Source of the DNA: an uncultured Lachnospiraceae bacterium
Lineage (GTDB): Bacteria; Bacillota; Clostridia; Lachnospirales; Lachnospiraceae
DNA: 64,000 nt
Assembly (NCBI GenBank): GCA_944376425.1
Contig: CALWCS010000182.1
Span: 10,828 to 74,827, forward strand
Direction: 5' to 3'
Shown: positions 48,948-58,569 of the stretch, one piece after another
How the letters are laid out: every line of letters starts with the position of its first letter
Numbering within the stretch: position 1 is the first letter of the stretch
Translations under genes and position numbers: made by a program
The notes under the pieces: generated by a model
Told to the model about the DNA's origin: nothing
Databases searched by the model: none
The model's input: the letters and a program-made list of their open reading frames with translations, nothing else

Positions 48948-51900
48948 ATGAAAAAAAGTGCATTGAAAAAAGACTTTGTAATGGAAATTAAAAAAAGTGC
49001 CAATCGGTTTTTGTCAATTTTGTTTATTGTGGCACTTGGTGTTGCTTTTTTTTCTGGAATTCAGTCGGCTGCACCTGACATGCGATATACAGCAGATCAA
49101 TATTTTGATGAGCATGGGCTTGCTGATTTAAAAATTGTCAGTACCTTAGGGCTGACAGAGGAAAATATCGAGTCAATCAAGCAGATAGAAGGAGTTGCCT
49201 CCGTACATCCGGGCTATATGACAGATGTTCTGTGCGGAGAAGAGAACACGCAAAAGGTAATTCATATTGAATCGATTTTACCAGGGGTCAATGAAGTAGA
49301 TGTAGAAGAGGGGAGATTGCCAAAAGAGACGGGAGAATGTTTTCTGGATATCGATTTTGCTGAGGAAAATGGGTATCATGTCGGAGATACGATTGTTTTT
49401 TCTGAAGGAACAGATAACGAGGAAGAGAGAATTTTAAGAAAAGAGACATACACCGTTTCGGGGATTGGAAGCGGAAGTGCCTATATCTCGTTTGAGAGGG
49501 GAAGTTCTACAATGGGAACTGGGGAGGTTTCCGGATTTGCTTATCTTTTGCCGGAAGATTTTGACTCGGAAGTGTACACCCATGTATACGTAACGGTAGA
49601 AGGTGCGGAAGAACTGACAGCATATACCGATGAATACGATGAATGTGTAAAGAAAGTACAAGATCTGATTGAAGCACAGACAGAAGAGATGGGGGAACAA
49701 AGATACCAGTCGATTGTCTCTGATGCGAGAGAAAGTATTGCAGATGCGAACAAAGATTTGGAAGATGGAAAGAAAGATTTGGAAGACGGAACTGCAGAGG
49801 CAAAGGAAGAACTGCGCAGTGCAAAACTGGATATGCTGGAAGGAGAAAAAGCAATCTGGGATGGAGAGCAGGAACTATTAGACGGCAGAGAAGAGATCTT
49901 AAATGCGAAACAGGAACTGTTAGACCAGCAAGAGGAGTTAGAAGATGCAAAAGAACAGCTGCAAAGCGGTCAGGAACAGTTAAATGACGCAAAAAGTGAA
50001 CTAGAAGAACAGGAACAAAAATATCAGGAAGAATACGACAGCACATCAGAACAATTGATTCGTGCACAAGAAGAACTAAGCGCCGGAGCGGATCAGCTGG
50101 AGTCTGCATGGACTCAATACGAAGAATTGAGAATGCAGGTAGAAGAGGCACAGCAAAATCTTACAGCGTTACAGCAGTTAGCCGATGCAGGAATGGCGAC
50201 TGCAGAACAGACAGAGCAGCTTGCACAGCTTCAGGCAGTTGTCCAGGAAAATGAACCGCTTGTAAACCAGATGCTTCAGGAGCTGACACAAAGACAGGAA
50301 CAAGTCGATGACTCTCAGGAAGAAATCGATCAGGGCTGGGCTGCTCTTTCAGATGCAAAAGATCAGATTAACTCCGCCAAGGAACAAATAGAAGAACAGG
50401 AACAGACATTAACTGAAAATCAAGAAACGATCAAGAAAGCAGAAGAAGCCCTGCAAGATGGATGGAAAGAAATCGAAGAGGCACAGAAAACATTAGAAGA
50501 AGGAAAAGATGAAATCCGTTTGGCTAAGGCAGAATTATCAGACGGGCAGAGTGAATACTTTGATGGAAAAGAAGATGCCGTACAGGAAATTCGTGATGCA
50601 GAACAGGAAATTTTAGATGGAGAACAAGAGATTGCAGATGCAGAACAGAAGCTCAATGAAATAGAACATCCGCAGTGGTATGTGATGGACCGCGACAGCG
50701 CTTTTACAGAATACAGCAGCTGTGGCGATAATGCAGAACGAATTAAAAATATTGGACGAGTCTTTCCGGTTATTTTCTTTTTAGTAGCTGCGCTTGTCAG
50801 TCTGACAACGATGACGCGTATGGTGGAAGAAGAGAGAACTCAGATCGGAACTCTAAAAGCGCTTGGTTACGGAAAAGCGGAAATTATGTGGAAATATCTA
50901 GGATACGCTTTTCTTGCCACGGTGCTGGGAAGTGTATTGGGATTCCTGATTGGAGAAAAGATTTTGCCGTTTATTATTATCTACGCTTATAGAATCATGT
51001 TTCCCCATATGACAGGAATGGTAATTCCATACAATATGGAATATGCATTCATGGCATCAGGAGCTGCCCTTCTTTGTACGATAGGAGCTACGCTTGCTTC
51101 GAGCTATCGGGAACTTCAGGATACCCCGGCTGTTTTGATGCGTCCTCCGGCACCGAAAGAAGGAAAACGCGTATGGCTGGAATATGTGCCATTTTTATGG
51201 AAAAGATTGAATTTTACATGGAAATCGACAATCCGGAATCTCTTCCGATATAAAAAGCGATTTTTTATGACGATTCTCGGAATCGGAGGATGCATGGCCC
51301 TGCTGCTGGTCGGATTTGGACTGCGTGATTCCATTATGGACGTTGCCAGAATTCAGTATCGCGAGATTCAGCTGTATGATGGTATGGCTGTATTTGAAGA
51401 TAAGGCAACGACCCAAGAAAAGCAAGATGTCATGAATCAGATGGAAGACAATACGGAAATTGAAGCATACGCAGAAGTGTTGATGAAACAGTTCACACTA
51501 GAAGGAAACGGAGAAGAACAGGAAGTATATCTGTTTATCATGGAAGATCTTTCAAAACTGGAACAGTTTATAAAATTGCGGGATCGAACGACACAGGAAG
51601 CCTATACTCTGAATGATGAAGGAATTATCCTGACAGAAAAGATAGCAAAGCTGCTTGGTGTATCAGAAGGAGATACCGTACTATTAAAAGATGAAGATAT
51701 GGGCAATGTGGAAGTGACAATTTCTCATATTACAGAGAATTATATGACACATTATCTCTATATGACGCCAGCGCTCTATGAAAAATTATACGGACAAGAA
51801 CCGAATTATAACAGTATTATATTCCAAAGCGTCCAAGAGGATGAGGAAGCGCTTAATGCGATCGGAGAAGAATTGCTGGAAAATGACAGCATTGTCAATC

Positions 51901-52352
51901 TTTCCTATACCAGCTCTCTGGAACAAAGAGTAAACGATATGTTAGGCAGCCTTGATATTGTCATTTTTGTATTGATTGTTTCGGCAGGAATGCTTGCCTT
52001 TGTAGTATTATATAATCTGAATAATATCAACGTAAACGAACGAAAAAGAGAACTGGCCACACTCAAAGTGCTTGGATTTTATGACGGAGAAGTTTCGGCA
52101 TATATGTATCGGGAAAATATTCTCCTGACTGTGATCGGATCAGCAGTAGGAGTTTTGTTTGGGATTCTGCTGCACCGTTATATTATAGTGACGGTAGAAA
52201 TTGATATCTGTATGTTTGGAAGAAATATTAATGGAATGAGTTATCTGTACAGTATCTTATTTACGTTTGGATTTTCATTGATTGTAAATATCTTCATGCA
52301 TTTTAAACTAAAGAAGATCGATATGGTAGAATCACTAAAGAGTGTCGAATAG
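48948..52352 (+). CDS. ABC transporter permease with two FtsX domains and a long extracytoplasmic coiled-coil insert
   Basis: Start at MKKSALKK. Two 4-TM FtsX modules and a roughly 330-aa E/Q/L/D-rich heptad region (residues about 235-565). Confidence 0.88.
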   Translation: MKKSALKKDFVMEIKKSANRFLSILFIVALGVAFFSGIQSAAPDMRYTADQYFDEHGLADLKIVSTLGLTEENIESIKQIEGVASVHPGYMTDVLCGEENTQKVIHIESILPGVNEVDVEEGRLPKETGECFLDIDFAEENGYHVGDTIVFSEGTDNEEERILRKETYTVSGIGSGSAYISFERGSSTMGTGEVSGFAYLLPEDFDSEVYTHVYVTVEGAEELTAYTDEYDECVKKVQDLIEAQTEEMGEQRYQSIVSDARESIADANKDLEDGKKDLEDGTAEAKEELRSAKLDMLEGEKAIWDGEQELLDGREEILNAKQELLDQQEELEDAKEQLQSGQEQLNDAKSELEEQEQKYQEEYDSTSEQLIRAQEELSAGADQLESAWTQYEELRMQVEEAQQNLTALQQLADAGMATAEQTEQLAQLQAVVQENEPLVNQMLQELTQRQEQVDDSQEEIDQGWAALSDAKDQINSAKEQIEEQEQTLTENQETIKKAEEALQDGWKEIEEAQKTLEEGKDEIRLAKAELSDGQSEYFDGKEDAVQEIRDAEQEILDGEQEIADAEQKLNEIEHPQWYVMDRDSAFTEYSSCGDNAERIKNIGRVFPVIFFLVAALVSLTTMTRMVEEERTQIGTLKALGYGKAEIMWKYLGYAFLATVLGSVLGFLIGEKILPFIIIYAYRIMFPHMTGMVIPYNMEYAFMASGAALLCTIGATLASSYRELQDTPAVLMRPPAPKEGKRVWLEYVPFLWKRLNFTWKSTIRNLFRYKKRFFMTILGIGGCMALLLVGFGLRDSIMDVARIQYREIQLYDGMAVFEDKATTQEKQDVMNQMEDNTEIEAYAEVLMKQFTLEGNGEEQEVYLFIMEDLSKLEQFIKLRDRTTQEAYTLNDEGIILTEKIAKLLGVSEGDTVLLKDEDMGNVEVTISHITENYMTHYLYMTPALYEKLYGQEPNYNSIIFQSVQEDEEALNAIGEELLENDSIVNLSYTSSLEQRVNDMLGSLDIVIFVLIVSAGMLAFVVLYNLNNINVNERKRELATLKVLGFYDGEVSAYMYRENILLTVIGSAVGVLFGILLHRYIIVTVEIDICMFGRNINGMSYLYSILFTFGFSLIVNIFMHFKLKKIDMVESLKSVE

Positions 52353-52367
52353 AAAGGAACAAAAAAC

Positions 52368-53750
52368 ATGAATTTGCCGGAAAAATTTACAGAAAAAATG
52401 AAGCGGCTTTTAGGAGATGAATATGAAGAGTTTTTGAAAAGTTATCAAAATTCCCGAAATTTTGGATTGAGAGTCAACACTGCAAAAATCAGTGTGGAAG
52501 AATTTCAAAAGATTGCTCCGTTTCATCTAAAACCGATTCCATGGATCGAAAACGGATTTTATTATGAAGAGCAGGATCGGCCAGCAAGACATCCATTTTA
52601 CTATGCAGGATTGTATTATCTTCAGGAGCCGAGTGCGATGACGCCGGCTTCCTGTCTGAATATCCGACAGGGTGAAAAAGTATTGGATCTGTGCGCAGCA
52701 CCTGGAGGTAAGGCGACAGAGCTGGGAGCAAAATTAAAAGGCGAAGGACTATTAGTAGCAAATGATATCAGCGCTTCCAGAGCAAGAGCCCTATTAAAAA
52801 ATATTGAAGTTTTCGGGATTCCAAATGCATTTTTAATCAATGAGATTCCGGCAAAGATTGCGGAGCAGTTTACAGAATTTTTTGATAAAATTCTCGTTGA
52901 TGCTCCTTGTTCCGGTGAAGGAATGTTCCGCAAAGATCCAGATGTCGCAAAAGTATGGGAAGAACAAAAACCTCTTCAGTGTTCCAAGATTCAAAAAGAA
53001 ATTATTTTATATGCCGCCGATATGCTTGCTCCCGGAGGTGAGCTGCTGTATTCTACCTGTACGTTTTCTCCGGAAGAAAATGAAGAAGTAATTCAATATC
53101 TGTTACATTCCAGAGAAGATTTTTCATTGGAAAAGATGAGAGAATATAAAGGATTTTCGATGGGAAGACCAGATTGGATCGAGGGAGGATCAAAAGAGTT
53201 AGAAAAATGTGTCCGTATCTGGCCTCATAAGATGGGAGGAGAGGGGCATTTTATTGCTTTGCTCAAGAAAAAAGGAGAAAAAAAGGAAGAAAGACAATCA
53301 CAGAGAAAGAAAATTCCGATTAATAAGACAGAGAAAAAAATTCTGGAAGAATTTTTTCAAAATGTCAGAAAAAAAACAGATCTCCAAAGAATAGAGATTC
53401 GTAAAGATCAGGTCTATCAAGTGACGGATTTACTGGGAGACAGAAAAGGAATCCCCTTTTTGAGAAACGGACTGTATCTTGGAGAGATCAAAAAAGACAG
53501 ATTTGAACCGAGCCAGTCGTTTGCCATGGCTCTTAGAAAAGAAGAGTATGATTCTGTGATTGATCTTCCGTTTACAGATCCACGAATAGAAAAGTATTTA
53601 AAAGGTGAGACGATAGAGACAGATGAGACAGAGAGCAGACGAAAAAAAGGATGGCAGCTTGTCTGTGTGAACGGTTATCCTCTGGGATGGGGAAAACTGG
53701 TGAACGGAACTTTAAAAAATAAATACCATGCAGGATGGAGAATGAAGTAG
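52368..53750 (+). CDS. rsmF: RsmB/RsmF family rRNA (cytosine-C5) methyltransferase
   Basis: YYLQEPSAM, DLCAAPGGK, DAPCSGEGMFRK and YSTCTFSPEENE motifs, with a C-terminal PUA-like extension. Confidence 0.85.
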   Translation: MNLPEKFTEKMKRLLGDEYEEFLKSYQNSRNFGLRVNTAKISVEEFQKIAPFHLKPIPWIENGFYYEEQDRPARHPFYYAGLYYLQEPSAMTPASCLNIRQGEKVLDLCAAPGGKATELGAKLKGEGLLVANDISASRARALLKNIEVFGIPNAFLINEIPAKIAEQFTEFFDKILVDAPCSGEGMFRKDPDVAKVWEEQKPLQCSKIQKEIILYAADMLAPGGELLYSTCTFSPEENEEVIQYLLHSREDFSLEKMREYKGFSMGRPDWIEGGSKELEKCVRIWPHKMGGEGHFIALLKKKGEKKEERQSQRKKIPINKTEKKILEEFFQNVRKKTDLQRIEIRKDQVYQVTDLLGDRKGIPFLRNGLYLGEIKKDRFEPSQSFAMALRKEEYDSVIDLPFTDPRIEKYLKGETIETDETESRRKKGWQLVCVNGYPLGWGKLVNGTLKNKYHAGWRMK

Positions 53751-53833
53751 AAGTTGGATTGTAATCATCGTATTTTTTATCAGTTGATAAAAAATAAAAA
53801 TCAAAAAGTAACTCAAAAACAGGAGGAACAAAA

Positions 53834-55120
53834 ATGATCTCAGTTGTATCAGAAAGCCGATTTCCGGAATTAAAAATTAATCTGGAAGAAAGTCAGGACA
53901 GAACAAAACGAATGGAGGAAGCGGCAAATACTGTAAAAGAAAAGAAACAAAAAACATTTTGTATTAATGTAAAGCCTTGGATGGAACAGTATGGCGTACA
54001 AGTCCTCCGAGATTTGACACAAGGAATGCTCCTGGCAGATTATCAGCAGATCAGATTTCCAAAAAAAGAAAGGGAACCCCTTCAGATTGAATTGACAGGT
54101 GTGGAGGAAGCATTCAGAAAAGAGGCGGAAAGTTTTGTACAGGAAGGGGAAATTCTCGCAGAAAGCATCTGCTTTGTGAGAGATCTGGTCAATCTTCCGG
54201 CAAACTATTTAAGACCTGCCGATTTCGTGAATCGGGTGACGGAATGGATGGAAGGGACAGGAGTAGAAATAGAATGTCTCGATAAGACAGAATTAAAAAA
54301 ACAAGGGCTGAATGCGCTGCTTGCTGTCGGAGAATCGAGTGAATTTCCACCGTATCTGATGATTCTGCGCTATAGAAATTGTCCGGAGAGTAAAGAATTA
54401 CTCGGGCTTGCAGGAAAAGGAGTGACCTGTGATACAGGCGGATATTGTCTAAAAAGTCCTTCTTCTATGATGGGAATGAAAGGAGATATGGCAGGAGGAG
54501 CTGCTGTGGCAGGAGCAATCTATGCTCTTGCAAAAAATAAAGTAAAGACAAATGTGACAGGTTTCATTCCTTTATGTGAAAACAGAGTTTCACCCGGCGG
54601 GTTGCTGCCTGGAGACGTAATTACTGCATATGGGGGAAAAACAATAGAAGTCGTCAATACAGACGCAGAAGGAAGACTGATTCTGGCAGATGCTGTTGCA
54701 TATGGAGCAAAAAAAGAAAAGGTGACAAAGATAGTTGATATTGCCACACTGACAGGGGCTGTTGTACGTGCGCTGGGTTTTGGAACAGCAGGAGTTTTAG
54801 CCAGTGACGATGAAATGTGGAACTTACTGGAACGTGCCGCAGAGTGCTCCGGAGAGTGGTTTTGGCGTCTGCCGATTACCCGGGAATATGAAAAGAGGAT
54901 TGAAAGTGACATTGCAGATGTCAAAAATTCAGGAGGCGCTGAATGCGGAGCGATCACAGCGGGATTATTTATTCGACTGTTTACAGAACAGATTCCGTGG
55001 CTGCATCTGGATATTGCAGGAACAGCATGGGTGGAACATCCGATTTTTTCTTACCAGACTAAATATGCAACAGGTTTTGGCGTAACGACATTGTATGAAC
55101 TGGCAAAAAAATGTATCTGA
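53834..55120 (+). CDS. pepA: M17 family leucyl aminopeptidase
   Basis: GKGVTCDTGGYCLK and NTDAEGRLILADA metal-site motifs. Confidence 0.88.
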   Translation: MISVVSESRFPELKINLEESQDRTKRMEEAANTVKEKKQKTFCINVKPWMEQYGVQVLRDLTQGMLLADYQQIRFPKKEREPLQIELTGVEEAFRKEAESFVQEGEILAESICFVRDLVNLPANYLRPADFVNRVTEWMEGTGVEIECLDKTELKKQGLNALLAVGESSEFPPYLMILRYRNCPESKELLGLAGKGVTCDTGGYCLKSPSSMMGMKGDMAGGAAVAGAIYALAKNKVKTNVTGFIPLCENRVSPGGLLPGDVITAYGGKTIEVVNTDAEGRLILADAVAYGAKKEKVTKIVDIATLTGAVVRALGFGTAGVLASDDEMWNLLERAAECSGEWFWRLPITREYEKRIESDIADVKNSGGAECGAITAGLFIRLFTEQIPWLHLDIAGTAWVEHPIFSYQTKYATGFGVTTLYELAKKCI

Positions 55121-55193
55121 GCAGAAAAAAGCGGATCAAGAGAAGCATAAAGAGACACAGACAGTATATCGCAGACAGAAAGGAATGAGAAAA

Positions 55194-55940
55194 ATGAAAG
55201 ACTATGTTCTGGAGGCATGTGTAGATTCTGTTGAATCGGCACTTGCAGCCCAAAAAGGCGGTGCTACAAGACTGGAACTTTGCTCTGATTTAATTGTCGG
55301 AGGAACAACACCAAGTCCCTGTCTGTTTGAAAAGATCAAAAAAGAGGTCAATATCAGAACCCATATCCTGATCCGTCCCAGATTTGGAGATTTTTGTTAT
55401 ACACAGTATGAGACGGATATTATGAAAGAAGAAATAAAGATGTTTCGAAATCTGGGTGCGGAAGGAATTGTGATCGGGGCATTGAGGTCCGATGGAAGTT
55501 TGGACTTAGAAAAGATGGAACAGTTTTTAAATGAAGCTGATGGCATGTGGGTGACTCTTCACAGGGCTTTTGATGTCTGTATCGATCCATTTCAGACATT
55601 AAGCGAGGCGGTAAAACTGGGAATTTCATGTATTTTAAGTTCTGGACAAGAAAATTGCTGCCTGGAGGGAAAAGAACTCTTAAAAAAAATGCAGGAAAAG
55701 GCAGGAGAGCAGATTCAGATTCTGGCCGGAGGAGGCGTAAATGCACAGGTGATTCAAAAACTGTATGAAGAGACAAAGATTACATCCTATCATATGTCTG
55801 GAAAAATTACAGTGGAAAGTCCGATGAGATATCGCAGGAAAGAAGTCAGCATGGGACTCCCGTCTTTTAGTGAATATGAACAATTCCGGACTTCACAGAA
55901 GAAAATTTCAGAGGCGAAAAATGTGTTGGAAGATTTGTAA
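55194..55940 (+). CDS. cutC: CutC family protein
   Basis: Start at MKDYVLEACVDSVESALAAQKGGATRLELCSDL after an AAAGGAA RBS. The ORF track start at 55095 overlaps pepA. Confidence 0.85.
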   Translation: MKDYVLEACVDSVESALAAQKGGATRLELCSDLIVGGTTPSPCLFEKIKKEVNIRTHILIRPRFGDFCYTQYETDIMKEEIKMFRNLGAEGIVIGALRSDGSLDLEKMEQFLNEADGMWVTLHRAFDVCIDPFQTLSEAVKLGISCILSSGQENCCLEGKELLKKMQEKAGEQIQILAGGGVNAQVIQKLYEETKITSYHMSGKITVESPMRYRRKEVSMGLPSFSEYEQFRTSQKKISEAKNVLEDL

Positions 55941-55954
55941 TTGGAGGAAAAATC

Positions 55955-58411
55955 ATGTTTTCACAAGCGTGTCAGGAGAGAATAGAAAGAGAATATCAGG
56001 AGTTGATAAAAGAGCTTCCACAAATAGAGACGGAGCTTTCGCAAGGAATGGAAGGATGCAGCAAGAAAGTAAAACTTGCTCTGAAATATCTGTATGGACA
56101 TATGCCTCTTAGCGATGTGGGAAATTATGACTGCAGTGTGATGAGAGATTTTGCGGAACATGGCATAAAGCTTTGGGAGAATCCGACATATGGAATACAG
56201 ATACCGGAAGAAATTTTTTTAAATTATGTATTATACCACAGAGTCAATTCAGAGGGAATAGAACCTTGCCGCACATTCTTTTATGAAAAATTAGAAAAGA
56301 GAATCAATGGACTATCGATGAAAGAAGCAGCTTTAGAGGCAAACTACTGGTGCGCAGAAGAAGCAACTTATAAAAGTACAGACGGCAGAACTCTTTCTGC
56401 AATGGGAGTGTATCGAAATGTATTTGGGAGGTGCGGAGAAGAATCTGTATTTGCAGTCAATGTAATGAGAAGCATTGGGATTCCGGCAAGACAAGTTTAC
56501 GTGCCCTGGTGGTCTCACTGTGATGATAATCACGCATGGGTAGAAGTATGGTGTGATGGAGAATGGTATTTTATGGGGGCATGTGAGCCGGAACCAATTT
56601 TAAATAAGGGATGGTTTAACAATGCAGCTTCCAGGGCAATGATGGTGCATTCGAGATGGTTTGATACTGTTTTGCCAAAAGAAGAGATCGTAGGAAAAGC
56701 AGGCATGGTGACGTTGGAAAATCAGATCAGACGGTATGCGTTTTCTAAAACAGCAGAAGTGACCGTAAAAGATGACTGCGGCAACTGTGTCGAAGGTGCA
56801 AATGTACGTTTTGAAGTACTTAATTATGCAGGACTTTGTGAAATTGCAACAGTGAAAACGCAAGCAGACGGAATTGCAAGACTGCAGACGGGATACGGCG
56901 ATCTTTGGCTGGAAGTATATCAAGATGGAAAATTTTCTGAGGGATGGCTAAAAGCACAAGAAAAGAGATGCACTCTGATTTTAGGAATGAAGCATACAAT
57001 GGAACAATGGGAAGATTTTGATATGATAGCTCCCATTGATGCGCCCATGAACAAACAGCAGCCTACACCTGATCAAAAAGCGGAGGCAGCTGTACGATAT
57101 CAGACGGCTGTAGAAAAAAGAAACAGAAAATGTCAGTCTCTGCGATTTACAGAAATTGAGAAATTTGAACAGACACATCAAAAACAGAAGCACCTGACAG
57201 AAGCATTCTTAAATGCACTGTCAGAAAAAGATCTCAGAGACGGAAATTGTGCAGTACTGGAAGAACATTATCAAGATGCAATGGAATATAGCAACCAGAT
57301 GGAAGAGGAGCTGTTTGTCAATTATGTGATGAATCCAAGGATCGGCAATGAGATGTTAAAACGGTGGAGAAAAGCAATCCGATCCTGGTTCCGGACAGAT
57401 CAGATGGAAGAATTTCGGAAAAATCCGAAAACCATTTGGCAGTACATAGAGGAAACAATAAAAGAAAGACCGGAGAAAGAACATTCTATTCTGGTCACAA
57501 CGCCGGCTGACTGCCTAAGACTTGGCATTGGTTCTGAACTTTCAAAAAAAACATTGTTTGTTGCAGTGGCAAGAACGTTTGGAATTCCGTCACGCTTAAA
57601 TCCAATGGATTGTGCGATGGAATACTGGATGGACGGAGGATTTTCTGCGGTGGAACAGGAAAAGGAAAAAGAAGCTTCTATCCGTATTTTTTCAGAGGAT
57701 AAAAATACGAAATGGACTTACTATCAGAATTGGACGATTGCAAAAGAGACAGAAGATGGATACCAAACACTGGATTTAAGCGATGCAAAAGTCGGAAAAG
57801 AAGGTCTTTTTATTTTGGCAGAACCGGGAATGTATCGGCTGATTACGGCAAATCGTCTTCCGAACGGAAATCTGTTTGCAAAAAGATATCTGTTTTGTGT
57901 AGAAACCGGAGAAGAAAAACGGGTCGCTTTAAAGCAAAGAGAAGCAAATTTATCCGATATGTTGGAAAATATAGAAATTCTTCCGTTTAATTTGACTGAT
58001 CAAGAAGGAAGAAAAACAGAAGCAGAGGCACTGACAGAAGGAAAAAAAGCAGTTTTATTCTGGCTGGAAGAAGGAAAAGAACCGACAGAGCATATTATCA
58101 ACGAGATGATAGAAAGAAAAGAAGAATTTTTTAAGTACGAAGAACGGTTGATTTTTATTGTGAAAAATAAGCGCGCTCTCAAAAATTCAACTGTCAAGAA
58201 GCTTCTTGAGACATTCCAAAAATCTTCTCTTTATTACGACGATTTTACAGAGAATGTTCAGATTTTAGGACGGAGAATGTATGTAGATCCGGAAAAACTG
58301 CCTTTAATTATTGTCACGGACGGATCTTTAAATGGGATCTATGCGACAAGCGGATACAATGTCGGAACAGGAGAACTGCTGTTGCGCATCTTAGAAACAG
58401 AAAGTATGTAG
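55955..58411 (+). CDS. large cytoplasmic transglutaminase-core domain protein
   Basis: 818 aa with no signal peptide. Core context FGRCGEESVFAVNVMRSIGIPARQVY...DDNHAWVEVWCDGEWYFMGACEP. Confidence 0.75.
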   Translation: MFSQACQERIEREYQELIKELPQIETELSQGMEGCSKKVKLALKYLYGHMPLSDVGNYDCSVMRDFAEHGIKLWENPTYGIQIPEEIFLNYVLYHRVNSEGIEPCRTFFYEKLEKRINGLSMKEAALEANYWCAEEATYKSTDGRTLSAMGVYRNVFGRCGEESVFAVNVMRSIGIPARQVYVPWWSHCDDNHAWVEVWCDGEWYFMGACEPEPILNKGWFNNAASRAMMVHSRWFDTVLPKEEIVGKAGMVTLENQIRRYAFSKTAEVTVKDDCGNCVEGANVRFEVLNYAGLCEIATVKTQADGIARLQTGYGDLWLEVYQDGKFSEGWLKAQEKRCTLILGMKHTMEQWEDFDMIAPIDAPMNKQQPTPDQKAEAAVRYQTAVEKRNRKCQSLRFTEIEKFEQTHQKQKHLTEAFLNALSEKDLRDGNCAVLEEHYQDAMEYSNQMEEELFVNYVMNPRIGNEMLKRWRKAIRSWFRTDQMEEFRKNPKTIWQYIEETIKERPEKEHSILVTTPADCLRLGIGSELSKKTLFVAVARTFGIPSRLNPMDCAMEYWMDGGFSAVEQEKEKEASIRIFSEDKNTKWTYYQNWTIAKETEDGYQTLDLSDAKVGKEGLFILAEPGMYRLITANRLPNGNLFAKRYLFCVETGEEKRVALKQREANLSDMLENIEILPFNLTDQEGRKTEAEALTEGKKAVLFWLEEGKEPTEHIINEMIERKEEFFKYEERLIFIVKNKRALKNSTVKKLLETFQKSSLYYDDFTENVQILGRRMYVDPEKLPLIIVTDGSLNGIYATSGYNVGTGELLLRILETESM

Positions 58412-58440
58412 AAATGAATTGGATTTTCATTTAACAAAAA

Positions 58441-58478
58441 AGGAATCTTATCCGAATACCCTGGAAAGATTCCTTTTT
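58441..58478 (+). terminator. intrinsic terminator
   Basis: AGGAATCTT / AAGATTCCT stem followed by TTTTT. Confidence 0.65.
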
Positions 58479-58510
58479 GGATTTTATAAAATATTATCCT
58501 AAAATCCGGA

Positions 58511-58544
58511 CTGTTTCCAGAATGCGATTCGCATTCTGGAACAG
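58511..58544 (-). terminator. hairpin terminator for GH3 gene
   Basis: 12-bp perfect stem TTCCAGAATGCG / CGCATTCTGGAA with a 3-nt loop. The U-tract is modest. Confidence 0.5.
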
Positions 58545-58569
58545 ACTAGAATTTTTTGTTTCTGCAAGT

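Noticed and set aside
49507-50151. A 214-aa minus-strand ORF plus several 65-88 aa ORFs inside the FtsX permease.
   Set aside because: They are antisense or alternative frames of the E/Q-rich coiled-coil coding region. The repetitive composition keeps other frames open.
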